Assembly (NCBI GenBank): GCA_048013815.1
Contig: CM106585.1
Location: 23,808,001-23,872,000 of the forward strand
Reading direction: 5' to 3'
From: Setoptus koraiensis
Lineage: Eukaryota > Animalia > Arthropoda
Length of the DNA: 64,000 nucleotides
Positions 26,650 to 38,825 of the stretch are shown here, piece by piece. A program made the position numbers and the translations under genes. Position 1 is the first letter of the stretch. The number at the start of each line of letters is the position of its first letter. The notes under the pieces are model-generated. The model was not told where the DNA came from. It ran no database searches and was given only the letters and a program-made list of their open reading frames with translations.

Positions 26650-27916
26650 TGTGTGCTGCTGCTTGTTGTTGCTGGTGCTGTTGTTGTCGCTGGTGCTGTT
26701 GTTGTCGCTGGTGACTTATGGCCGCTGACTTGTGGCTGATGACTTATGGCTGATGACGATACAATAAAAGCGAGCAAAAAATTGTCTTTTTGCCCCTCGT
26801 GTGTGTGTGTGTGTGATATGTTATAACTGCTACCGTGTGTGTCTGACAATTGTGGCACTTGTAAAAGTTTTCTTGGCGCCTCAATTATTTACTGCAAGTA
26901 GGTGTGTGAGCGTGTATCATGCTATTACAAGTCGAGTGAAATATGCGCGCCACAGAGGGAGAGAGAGAAAGAGGAAGAGAGAGCTTGCTTGAGATCGCCC
27001 ATTGAGCTTACAATCTAACAATGATAATAGAAATAAATTAATAGAGAAACAGCCCGGCTGCTGATTTGTGGCGCCATGATAGCGAGTTATTGCCGATTAT
27101 TGCCACTTGCTCTATCTTTCGTTTAGCTTGTTTCGTTTATTCTCATCTTGTCTCACCTCTGGCTAGTTTCATACTGAGCCCACTGCCTACTGAACGCTAA
27201 CTCACAGGCTTGCTTCGGCCCACAACTAATGATGGCGCCCCACAACGTGCTGCCTAGCTATTGAAATGTTGCGCAATGTGCGCACTATGTTGGGCACGCG
27301 TTGTGAGTCGGCGCAGATGAGCAAAATCAATTATTACGTTGTTGGGTATACGGGCGACCAGTAGACAGGGTACAAGTGAGCACTCTCGCCACTATTCACT
27401 TGTCACTAGCTGTAGCCTATTAGCCTGGCAGTGTCACAACAATACAATTGATAGTTACTGGCTAAACAAAGAAGAGAGGGGAATGCCACCAAAAAACAAC
27501 CGTCCCATAATAGATAGTTGGGCGCGTCAGGTAGCTCGGGCCGGACACACAATCGACCGAGACACTGGCTTGGTATTGAATAGCAATGAAAAAGAAGACA
27601 CAACCTAATACTAACAACTAACTTGTCGGGGCTACTTCGCCAGCCAGCTGACACCATGAGCGAGTCACGCCCACTACCTGGATTGCCCCTTCACGGAACC
27701 ATCTAACCGGATATATATTATATCTGTATATTGCAATCATAGAAAAGTGTGAGTATTTTTGGTTGCCCGAACCCGATGGGACCGTTGGGGTATGCCCGCC
27801 ATTACTGCAGAATATATCCGTTCCAAGGTGTCACTTTGATAATGACGCACACTCAAATGGCGCGCGTGCTCAATCGTACATGCTGCCCTGGACGCATAGC
27901 GGCGCTGCGTACTCAC

Positions 27917-28307
27917 CGCAGCAATTGCCCTCACCTTGGCCTGTTGGCAACACTGCAGACAGGTGACAGGTAACCAGATTCGCCGAATTATCCGACGATA
28001 GCGGGATATCTTTGGTCAGTTGTTTGATTTTTGTTAAACAGAGATGAGAGTGGGACGACTTAACGACCCTAAAAGAAATTGGAATATAAGAGCTTGAGTT
28101 ATTTGAAAAACCCACTGCGGCAATCGATGCACCATGCGGTTAATATGAACGTCCACGGGCAAACTACCCAAAACGGTTCTCTGGTGTTGCATTTAGGCCA
28201 TTAAAAAATTTATTCCGATTGACAGATGAATTCGATTTTCGTTCATAGTTTCGATCCACTTATGAATATAGACATTATCCATAAAATGTATCTTTTAATG
28301 CCCAACT
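27917..28307 (-). promoter_or_regulatory. Candidate core promoter and non-coding first exon of the GABA-B gene
   Basis: Inr TCAGTT (28309-28304, +1=28307) with DPE-like GGATA at +28; donors CG|GTGAGT (27916) and AAG|GTGAGG (27934); polypyrimidine acceptor ...CAG| at 26751/26750, 100 nt upstream of the ATG. Confidence 0.25.
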
Positions 28308-29063
28308 GAGCTCATCCAAAGCTCTTGTCACAATCATTGTCTGTCAAACTGTCAGCCACATGTTGCTTCGAATGGGAGAGCACGTCGACTGTTGACGTCT
28401 ACACCACCTTTAGAGGCTCTATGCCTTTTGGAAATACCCATTTGTACTTGTATATTTGTTAAATGTGATCAAATGGTTCCTCACAAATAGTTCCTGGCAA
28501 TAGTAGTAGTCATGCTGAGCCAGCAGACAATAAGACCACTGTTGTTACAAGAGTCCATATGAGACGAGTCTGTACAAGGGGTCAGCAAAACGAATTGTTT
28601 GGGTTGAGCCGAATATCAGTAGAAGGATCAAAATATCTCAAAGGACAGAGTTTCAATGGAAAATTTTGCACCATTGTTCAACTAGATGCTTTCAATAAGT
28701 ACTATCGATTCACAGAACCTACGTAAGTTTAGAGTAAATCTCAGATTGTCATGAGAGAGTTTATTTCAACTTTAATATCAGCATCGCTAATTGGAAAATC
28801 AGCCATAGGCAATGCACTGCAACACTAGTGGTACAGATAACTCAATAGCTTGATTCGACAACTAGATATTAGGTGAAAGAATGAGGTGAATCCCCGGCTG
28901 ACCGTGAAGATGATATCCGATTGATAGCTTATTTATTTATTATTTTACAAATACAGGAACACTAATGTGTTGTTAGATCTTTACTTTTTACTGTGTTCCA
29001 ATCTATTGTGCACTTCAATCCATATAGTTCAAGTAGAATTTAAACAACGAATCTGATGAAAAA

Positions 29064-31484
29064 CTATATGGCGTCATCAAAGGATATGTCATCATAGTTG
29101 ACGAGAGTTGCCGCTCTAGGGTCCCTGTGAATTGTGATAAAAGCAAAAATGAAGTTCATGCATTGCATTTCAATTGAAAGATTTTGATGGATAAGCAGAA
29201 ATGAGTAAAACAAGACTAATACTTACATGTTTGAGTGCTCTCTCGGCGCAGGCTCTGTGACAAATGTACCTAGCCTATTTTTTAGCTTATCTTTGTCAAC
29301 CTTAGACATAGCCATGGGATTTTTAGTATCATCAAGGGGAGAAGTTTTGGAATCTATTGTTGGTCTTTCCAAGATTTCTCTCGGTGGATTAGGATCCAAT
29401 CTATGGGGATCAAACAAATAGTTGTTAAAGAATTCTACATCCGACCTAAAAACTGCTGGAACTTGTGGGTGCTTCCTTTCAACATGATTTATCAAATAAT
29501 CCAAATTTTTCTCAAATCTCTTCTTGCAATGTTTACACTTATACAAGCTAATTGCTTCACCCTCCTTGTCCTTTTTGATCGCTGCCCAGGTCTCCAAATC
29601 TGAATTCATCTCCTTGTCAGAATCCCTGACGATTAGACGTTGATCTTCAGTTAAGTCCTCGCTCGAAAGGCCCACTGTGTGACACTTAATTTTCGCATTA
29701 AAATCATCGATATATTTTTTGATGATGTCCTTCTTCATCATTAATTGTCCATCGACAGTAGAAAAGTTCTGTTTATCCTCGGTTGGGCACGTGCCTCGTA
29801 CGTGCAGTATACCTAAACGGTTTGGCATATCGTCTTCAAAATTATATTCTGTGTGATTGTAGTAATCAAAAGAGTGGACGATTCTCAAGTACAAAATCAA
29901 CTTATCCAATAGTCTGAGATGTTCCTCACTCTTCTCGAATGGTTCGCAATCACTCACTCGAGGCTTGGTTTCTCCAAATTCAGTTTCATAACTCGGATCC
30001 TCAAATTGTTCGTCGTCTAGACCTCCAAACCCGAGAAGCTCTTCTTCTTCAGCGCTAGCTTCTTCTACGAGATACATACCGATATTGTGTAGTAGGGGAT
30101 TTCTCGTCATATTTAACCTTTGCTCCAATTTAGTAGCTCTTCCTCCGTATCTGGATTTGTCGGTACGAATACCTTTCTCTGGAGGAACTTTGGCCTCAAC
30201 TGGCTCCTTTTTAATAGAATCTTCATCCTGATCATTATTTTCGTCTGTCATTTGATCTGGAGAAGACGGAGGCTCGGGTTCCTCCCATACGTATTTTGAC
30301 TCGTCAAGATTCAAGATGATAGTAGCAGCGTTTTTCAAATCATTTAATACAACAGACTTGTGCAAAGTGATTCCATCAACATGTCTTATGCGTTTTGAGA
30401 TCTCTTTATTGATAGTGGCTTCTATCTTACAGTTTCCGAATCCTGTTGTTCCTAGTGTCCAATATACATCCTTGATATCTTCAAAAGTTTTGAAAGTTGC
30501 AAAGGCTTTTCGTCTCAGATGACCACCTTCTACGTAGTAAGGATCTGTCAGGGAGACACGGAGAAATCCGTTTAGGCAGCTCAACTTCTCTAATAAGTTG
30601 GCTCTAGTTGTATCTATAGGTAGATTGGCGAGTGCTATAGAGAAGTATTTTTTGCAGTTCAATGGTGCTCCGTTCGGGTTTGTTCCAGCCTCATTGGATG
30701 ATGTTCCATTCTTGGTATCCTCCAGTTTGATGGGAGTCTTTAGTAGAGCTTCTAATGGTTCCTCTGATTCTCCCTCTAATTTAAGTATTATAGCATCCAT
30801 TAGATGAACTAAATCATCCGACGCATTTATATCTAAGCTTAGTTTATCTAAATGTTTGCTATTTAATAACTCCATGTATAGTTTCAATCTATGTTTCAAG
30901 TGATCTTTTTGTAGGTGAAGACGCCTTTTCTTTTCATCAGGGTGATATTTGAGCCTGAACCACTCCTCATCTCTATGGACGTCGAAGAATTTTTCTATTT
31001 TTGTCTGAAATAAATCTGATTTGTACTCTACATACTTTTTCAGAGCTTCAGCTTCATCAATTCCGTCATCTAATGTCTGCAGAAAGCGTTTGAATGACAT
31101 AGGTGTAGTTTCATCAACACCGGATTGGTTTTTATGATTGGACAGCATCCTCTGATGATTGTCATGGTTGACTTTGGGACTGTGGAATTGTGTTTGGTCA
31201 GCATGGATGTAGGTTGAATGAATACTAAATCTATCATCTGAGTCTGTCTTGAATTTTTTATTATTTGTAGGGCTTCTATCTCTATGGTTTGGCATTCGTC
31301 TAATAGCATGACCAACTGAGGCACCAGGATACCTATGATTGCGATTTGACGCCCATCCAGCCATTTGGGCTTGTTCGTGCTCCGACCATACTCGGGGTCT
31401 CTCGTCGCAATCTGATCTCTCACGTTCAAATTTATCTCGTGGTTTCTTTTTATCACTTGTATATTCCTCGTCTGAATCAGCCAT
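29064..31484 (-). CDS. Ars2: Serrate RNA effector / Arsenic resistance protein 2 (Ars2, SRRT); join(29227-31484, 29064-29124), about 772 aa
   Basis: MADSDEEY N-terminus; SFKRFLQTLDDGIDEAEALKKYVEYK...HRDEEWFRLKYHPDE; RRM-like segment; LDKLILYLRIVHSFDYYNHTEYNFEDDMPNRLGILHVRG; C2H2 finger. The 102-nt intron AT|GTAAGT...CACAG|G (29125-29226) joins a last exon encoding DPRAATLVNYDDISFDDAI*, matching the recalled Ars2 C-terminal DPR...Y.D.D motif. Confidence 0.95.
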
Positions 31485-32257
31485 GGTTTAAAATAGATTG
31501 ATGATTTCCAGATATCTTTTCGCAAATAAAATGAATCACTAATATGTGTAGAAGCAAGGAGAGTAAAAACGTTTTGCCGTAGATGCTATTGTTATAAATA
31601 GATGATTCTGCATTAGTAAATCTTGCAAAAGAGCTGAGAAGATTGTTTAAAATTGTCAAGGATGCAGCACACACGTTATTTTTCAATTCAGTGTGCAGGA
31701 TGATCTGCCCCATTGCATGACCAATACAACTGTCTAGTACCCAATTTCAACGCCAGGCGCTTACGTGATTTCAAATCTATCATAATGAAGTGGGATGGCA
31801 ATTCGACTGAACTCCAGTCACTAAAGTGTATCTTTTGCTCGATAGTCTCATATTAATCTTAATGAGGATCCTAAATAAAATCACTCTAGATAATGGGAAT
31901 TGTCTCTCGAATTGCTTCTCTTGGGTGCAACTTCAACTCGCATATCGAGCGTCATTTGCGCCATAGTCGAGAGTTCAACTGAGTGTTCAGATAACCGAAA
32001 GCGACCCCCATCGGGTTAATTATCAACTTACTTTCCTTCATTTGTAACTATGATGAGCATGATTTGACTTGCGCAGCACAGAAAGACACCCCAGGCTCCT
32101 CAAGTTGTTTTTTTTTTATTTAACAAACAAAATAAAACTTCTCAAACGATGATTCACACAGAATGTTGATATGTTTTCTAGGCTATAGATTTGAGTTTTT
32201 TTTTAAATTAAATTAATCCAGATTTATTATTCTATGATGGTCTACCAATAAACACTT
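31485..32257. promoter_or_regulatory. Probable bidirectional promoter between Ars2 and WDR44
   Basis: Divergent start codons 773 bp apart; no long ORF between them. Confidence 0.55.
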
Positions 32258-33631
32258 ATGTCGACAAATACTAGCATCGAATACAGCACTTACAGCAAAT
32301 TCTATCAGCTGAGTCGTCACAAATCAGATCAAACTGAATTCGAAAACCTCAAGGTTTTCAAAGAGATTAATGATTCAAATGAGGCCATTTGGTGCATGAG
32401 ATGGAGCTCATGTGGTCAGTTGTTGGCCGCCGGAGGCGGCGATCACCTTATTAGAATTTACTGCTGCCATAAAGCTTGGAAATATTTCAGCCAGCTGAGG
32501 ATCAAAGCCTCCGGTCAGCATGTATCACCTACATCATCGAAGGAAAGGGAAAATTCTCTTCAGTTACAAACAGATAGTACAGGTCCAAATGCCACAACAT
32601 CATCGCAATCATCTCTATCAAGCAATAGCAGGATTGTTCAATATCAGACAGAGGATAATTCATTGAGCGAAGATCCGCTACTCCTATTCAGTGTATACCA
32701 AGGTCACACCGCTGATATTTTAGACGTTGCCTGGTCAAAAAACCACTTTTTATTATCGTCATCTATGGATAAAACTGTACGTTTGTGGCATGTAACTCGT
32801 GTTGAATGCTTATGTACATTCTTTCATGCGGATTTTGTATCTACGGCGCAGTTTCACCCTCATGATGACAGATACTTCATTAGTGGTTCACTCGACGGCA
32901 AACTTAGACTATGGAACATCCCTGACAAGAAAGTAACGATGTGGAATGAGGTTATGTCCACTCCGACTAAAGATACAGAACAGCCAACCCATGGTTTGAT
33001 TACCGCTTCTGCATTTGTTCAGAATGGAAAATTCGCTGTGATAGGCACTTATGATGGCCGTATTATATTCTACTCAACAGAGCAGCTCAAATTCTTTACA
33101 CAAATCTATGTAGGTAAGCACCATGAAAAAGTAAAAATAACAGGAATTGAAAGTGTTGATGACACAAAAATTTTGGTTACAACCAATGATTCCAGGATAA
33201 GGTTGTACGACTTGAGAGATTTATCATTGACGTGTAAATATAAAGGTTGCATTAATAATTCGAGTCAGATACGTGCTGCAGTTTCACCGGATAATAAATT
33301 TATAATATGTGGAAGCGAGAATGCCTCATTCTATATTTGGCCCATGTATGAGACGTCAACTTCTATCGGTCAACGGAAAGATAGAAATTATGCTTGGGAA
33401 TGCATCAGATTCACAACAACCAATATTGACCAGGGTAGCGGAAATATGCTTGGTGGAGGATCAATGCAAACTGGTAGTAGTAGTGACACAAAATCCAAAG
33501 CTACACCAAACAAAACAAACATAGTCACAGCCGTCAACTTTGCCCCCATACCTCATCTGATTGTACCACAGTCGAAATATTTAATTATTACTGCTGACCT
33601 ACATGGTTCACTGAGGATTCTCACAAAATAA
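32258..33631 (+). CDS. WDR44: WD repeat-containing protein 44 (Rab11 effector family), WD40 propeller only, intronless, 457 aa
   Basis: AIWCMRWSSCGQLLAAGG; YQGHTADILDVAWSKNHFLLSSSMDKTVRLWH; HADFVSTAQFHPHDDRYFISGSLDGKLRLWNIPDKKV; ILVTTNDSRIRLYDLRDLSLTCKYKG; all characteristic of WDR44. Confidence 0.92.
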   Translation: MSTNTSIEYSTYSKFYQLSRHKSDQTEFENLKVFKEINDSNEAIWCMRWSSCGQLLAAGGGDHLIRIYCCHKAWKYFSQLRIKASGQHVSPTSSKERENSLQLQTDSTGPNATTSSQSSLSSNSRIVQYQTEDNSLSEDPLLLFSVYQGHTADILDVAWSKNHFLLSSSMDKTVRLWHVTRVECLCTFFHADFVSTAQFHPHDDRYFISGSLDGKLRLWNIPDKKVTMWNEVMSTPTKDTEQPTHGLITASAFVQNGKFAVIGTYDGRIIFYSTEQLKFFTQIYVGKHHEKVKITGIESVDDTKILVTTNDSRIRLYDLRDLSLTCKYKGCINNSSQIRAAVSPDNKFIICGSENASFYIWPMYETSTSIGQRKDRNYAWECIRFTTTNIDQGSGNMLGGGSMQTGSSSDTKSKATPNKTNIVTAVNFAPIPHLIVPQSKYLIITADLHGSLRILTK

Positions 33632-33842
33632 TCACTTGCCCTAAAGACTCAATTAATTGCGGAATGTCTGCAAATGAGTGATGATTTATATTCCAAATAG
33701 TTAATAATGTATCAATGATGCCTACTATTGAATGCAATACAGAGTCTTTTGATTCAAAACTAGCTACCAAAGTAGCATTCAAAATTAATCAGAGCGACCA
33801 GTTTCGAAACCAGTTAGAATCTTTCTTCGGCAACAGAGGTTA

Positions 33843-34784
33843 TTATTCGTTAGTTTTTTTGGGGGGATTACAACTTAAATCAACAAATTCATCCAAATGT
33901 TCTTTATAATATTCAAGAATGTTATATTTTTGAAGTTTGAAGTAGTCCATGAGAAATGTTGCACAACACAGTTCTTTGAGAGCGATTATCACTAGTATCA
34001 AATCTGCATTATCCCTGTCTACTTTCCAGTTTGGTTTCAGCTCAGTAACAGTTTCGGCTATTCCCTCTATGAACTTCATACGTTGATCCTGGTCCATTTT
34101 GTAGCTACCCCTCACTTGAATCTCTATAAAGTATCTGACGTCTTCTTTTTTTGAGTAGACATGTTTAGAGTCAGCGGAGAACATTTCATTCATTATGCTC
34201 TTAATAGCATCTTTGGCGCTAGTCACATTTGTTTTGAAGGTATTTGCCACCGGAAAGACCTTGAATGTATACTTGGTCCTCTGATTTTTAGTCTCCTTGA
34301 TGTCTTCAAATAATTTTCTAACAATCATATCTTGATCGATATTCTGACACTCTTCGTTCAACTTGATAAATATGACATTCTTGCAATGAGTTTTAACTTG
34401 ACGAAAGTGTCGATTGGCTTGACGAAGCTCTGTTAGCTCTGATTCTAAGTCATCTTCGGTGTCATTCTTTCTAACAGTGCCAGTATCAGACGGAGTTGCT
34501 TGAGAAGTTTCAGCAGTTCCTGCAGAATCAGGTTTAGTATGGTCAGCATAGAGATTCTGATAGTAATCCTCTAACAATTGGCGCATCTCCATATAGCATT
34601 TGACCTCATAGCCGGATATTGATGTCACCAAAAAGCCTTTTTGGCCAACTAACAAATCCGGTGTGTCCTTATATTTTGAATTGTTGCTACTGCTTGAGGT
34701 ATTGTAGTGTCCCCTTCCATGTCTGGATTTTTGGCTATAATCCACGTAGTAGTTCTTTGGTTTTTTTCTCTGTTGGTCTCCCAT
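33843..34784 (-). CDS. THUMPD1: THUMP domain-containing protein 1 (Tan1 homologue; adaptor for tRNA ac4C), intronless, 313 aa
   Basis: GQKGFLVT...E.KC..E...LLEDY; RHFRQVKTHCKNVIFIKL; WKVDRDNADLILVIIALKELCCATFLMDYFKLQKYNI match the THUMPD1 pattern. Tail-to-tail with WDR44 (211-bp gap). Confidence 0.88.
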   Translation of the reverse strand: MGDQQRKKPKNYYVDYSQKSRHGRGHYNTSSSSNNSKYKDTPDLLVGQKGFLVTSISGYEVKCYMEMRQLLEDYYQNLYADHTKPDSAGTAETSQATPSDTGTVRKNDTEDDLESELTELRQANRHFRQVKTHCKNVIFIKLNEECQNIDQDMIVRKLFEDIKETKNQRTKYTFKVFPVANTFKTNVTSAKDAIKSIMNEMFSADSKHVYSKKEDVRYFIEIQVRGSYKMDQDQRMKFIEGIAETVTELKPNWKVDRDNADLILVIIALKELCCATFLMDYFKLQKYNILEYYKEHLDEFVDLSCNPPKKTNE

Positions 34785-35072
34785 GATGGTTATTGGAAAA
34801 CTTGTATAGCGATGTCTGAAATATGTATCTATCTCTAGAGATATATTGATTCAAATATGATAATCTATCCTTTTCGTGGTTGCCTGGTAAGAGATGACAC
34901 ATGATGAATGCAACTTTAACCAATGGCTTCCAATGGAAATCGTCACGCGTGCTCCAAATACGGATATTTAATTTTGCACAATAGATGGCCGCGCGATCGC
35001 CTAGATTTTCAAAGGTAGAATCCATTCCATATGTCACCGTGCACTGGAGACTCTCCAGTGGAGAGTGAAAGA

Positions 35073-35082
35073 GCGCATGCGC
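35073..35082. promoter_or_regulatory. NRF1/Erect-wing-type palindrome GCGCATGCGC upstream of THUMPD1
   Basis: Exact motif about 290 bp upstream of the THUMPD1 ATG. Confidence 0.35.
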
Positions 35083-38000
35083 CGAATATTTCAATTGATT
35101 TTTTAGCGCCAATGAGCAGTTTTATTTGTGGAAAACTTTTTTATTGTTGTATTTTATTGTTGTATTTTATTCAAGGTCATTTTACCACTAACGAAGTATC
35201 TAGGTGAACAACAAAGTCTTCAAACCCTACCAGGCAAGTGCGATTCAAATATTTCATTCATGCAATCGCTTGTCCCAAGTTTATCTAGGCGAAATTCCGG
35301 TATTTCCAGGAGATGAACCGGATAACTTTTTATTAATGTTTTTTTTTTGATGTACCAGATTGATTTCTTCTACAAAGAAACTCACAAGTAACATTTATAG
35401 CCACAGCTAAGAGCTTTAAAAAATCAACCTCGTCAATACAGCTAAATGATGTTGTACACGTTGTTCGAACACAGTTTGTTTATTTTGTGTCGATGGGCAT
35501 CATGTGATGATTTTTTGTTTGATTTGATTTTCCATGACCAAGTCATTTGATGACGCTCAATGGATTAGTGAAGCTACACTTGCACGAGATCAACTTGATC
35601 TTCTGCCACTACATTAGACTTGGTTGAACCTAAACCAGGTGGATACCGAACAAAACTTTCACCGGCACACTGTGTGGCTGATGATCATCCGACCATTGGA
35701 CAGCTAAGAAAAAATGGCGATCATTATGGTGATATCTATGATGATAACGGTGCTGACCCAATGACGATTATACCAAGATATGATATGTGTGTGTGTGTTT
35801 GGGCGATATGAAAAAGTGCTAGTGTAGGACAAGGATTACTTGGAGTTATCAAGTGAGCAATATCACTTAGGTACTAGATGCTGTTTCCTCTCTTACAAGC
35901 CGATGTGAATCTAGTATCTGGCAGTGACAGTATATTTAAGACTGCAAGTAGCAACACCATGATCGTTATTATTGCTTGCCTTATAGTAGTAAATGATATT
36001 AGATAAGCTCTCGCTTGTCTGCTCAGATGTCGGTTGTTTGGCTGGTTCGTGGTGGCGGCTGGTCAGTGGCCAGTAATCAGTGGTCAGTGGCTTGATCGCC
36101 GGTTCATGGCATCATCATCAGTTCATATTGTAGTTATAATGTCACTACTCTATATATAACAGTTGTTGCACGTGCCAGCACTGATATGGACAACAGCAAG
36201 CGATGATGACGTAATATCTGATCAAATGTCTCTCTCTCTCTCTCTCTCTCACTCGCTCTGGGTGAGTTGTCGTGTTCTCTTTCAACTCACACTTACAACT
36301 TTGTGTGCGTGTGCGTGTGTGTGTGTGTGTTTGAGTTTGGACAACACCGCCAAATAATATCAGTGATACTGTCGGTGTGTGTGTGTGTGTGTCACATTGT
36401 TGTCCTTTGACTAGTATCATTAACCATTAGCTAATGTTGTTCATGCTGAATGTGTGTCGCCATATGTGTTACCATACTATACAACAAACAACAACATTCT
36501 TGTTTGTGAGCAAAATCGTCATCAATTACCATCATTACTACACATGTTGTGCGCTTGCCAATAGACAAGATGATCTTGGTGGCTCTCAAATGGTGAGAGT
36601 CTGTTTCACTGGACACTGTTCATGTGTAGCAAGACAAGCAATGTCTTGCAACATAACTGCTGCGTGTGATGTAAAAACTGATTGATATTACAACACCAAC
36701 CATGAGAACAGATTGCTTGGGCACGCACCAGTCAAAGTGTGAGTTCAAAGTGGCCATCATCAGCACACTTTTGCTGCTGGTCAGCTCTTGACGATTCGGT
36801 CATATGTCACTAGCACCCTCGCCCGAGACCAAGCGCTTACAATCATCAACGCTGGCTTTCACACAGACCACACTGACCAATGTCCACAATGACGCAATGA
36901 GCCATCTTGTTGTTGTTGTTGTTGTTGTTTCGCTGTGGCAGGCGCTATGCGACGGGGGGTTGGCCCACCATCATCAGAGAGACAAGAGAGGCGTTCACTT
37001 GTGTGTCGTGAAGTTTCCGTGAAAGTACCTCAGATATTATATGTGTATCGCTCGCATGGTTGCGCGTGTGTCTTTCACGCCTGTGGTCGGTGGTTGTGTG
37101 TGGCTCGTGGTTGTCGCAATTGCCGCTGAGTGACCAAATTGAATGAGTGGCCCGTCGCGACTCTCGACCACCCCGACCAGCAGCGACAACAACGCCGACA
37201 ACAACAACAACAGCAACAGCAGCAACAACAACAGCAACAACAACAACTGGTGCCGCTGGCCAGAGCCACTACAGCAAAGTAGCAGCTCGAATCAATACTT
37301 GTGTCGCTATGACCAAGACTGGCCAAGAAAGAACCGGATGTGTGCTTGTTGTTAGTTTCAATTTCTCTCGTCGTGTTACATAAGACCATGCTCAGTTGAT
37401 TCCGAGCGTGCCCATGATATGTGTCATGCATGTGTGTGTGTGCGTGTGTGTGTGCGTGTGTGTGTGGGTTGGTAGTTGGGGCGACTTTAGCATGGATCCG
37501 CACTCAATCTCAGATCGGTGGCGCCGTTTCAGAAGCCAATGTGCACGCGCGCCTCTTTTGCAAAGTGTCAGCTTGTGGTGACAAGCGCACACAAAAGGAG
37601 GGCTTGACCAGTGCGCCCCTGTAACAATTGCCAGCAATTGTACACACAATTGTTGTTTGTGTGTATCACTGATCTCAGCGGGAACATAACAAAACGGGCC
37701 CATTCCAGCCAATGCCAGCAACAGCAAATTCTAAACAAGACCACAATATCGCGCTATAGCGTTACATAGATCAGTCTGGCTGCTATCCTGCTGACCACGA
37801 GCTGTCTTTGTGCTCGTGCAAGTGTTATATATAGTGCCTAAACAGACTATATAGACAGGCAGCCAGACAGCCAGACAGCCAGACAAACAAACATTATTTG
37901 CATAATGAAATAACAGAATGCGCAAGATTGTTTGATAAAGTGAGCGCATGGAAAATATATCATTTTGCCATTCTCACACTATTAACAGTTTGCAATCATG

Positions 38001-38771
38001 TGAGCAGTAACGCGATACCATACATTTGCGCATATGAAGCGGTGAACAGATTAACGGCTAATGATAAAATCCGTGCCTATATATAAATATATATCTAGAC
38101 AACAACAACAACAACCATTATCAATTTAAGCAGCTCTCTCACTGGTTTTTTTTTCTGTTGGGCCCATATTATATATCATAATCTACACGGTAATGGTGTT
38201 ATTAATTTGCACAAAAGTTAAGTTTACAGATAGATTAGGTATAGAGACTGATGTAAATGTGCGAGTGCGATGTGTGATGTGTGAAACAAACAATTAAAGC
38301 CTCGCGCCTTTTTCTATTTGCGCAACCTCGGGCCCCATTCTCATTGGCACTCGCACTCACACTCATACAGTGCATGACCGGGCATGAAATGAAATCTGAT
38401 CTTAATTTTCATCCACACTTGGGATATACAAAAAGTTGGCAACTCATTATGTTCATCGGCTGTCGTCTCAATCGAGGCCCCGGCGCGTTACGCTGTCGCT
38501 GGCTATTGTACCTGACTGCTGAGTGTTACGCAACTTGTGGCCATCATGGCAGAGCCAAAGAGCAGTGAGCTTTGGGTGTCGGTTGAGCGATTTTAGTGCG
38601 AGCAAAACGATAAATCTTCGTCATGTGAGCCTGGCACCATTACAGTCATTAGACTCTTTTTATGGATCAATATACTGGCTCACATATATGGTATTATGTA
38701 TATACTGCGCCAGCCCAAGATGTGTATATATTGCGACTTTTGTTGTTACGTAACATTCGCTATTAGGTGGT

Positions 38772-38825
38772 TGTGTGTGCGTGTGTGTGCGTGTGTGTGC
38801 GTGTGTGTGTGCGTGTGTGTGTGTG
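38772..38825. repeat. (GT)n / (GTGTGTGC)n microsatellite
   Basis: Read directly; similar tracts at about 37431-37466, 50945-50974 and 60651-60684. Confidence 0.9.

Noticed and set aside
34735-35112. 125-aa ORF overlapping the THUMPD1 start
   Set aside because: No recognisable homology; it spans the probable promoter and 5'UTR in a different frame.
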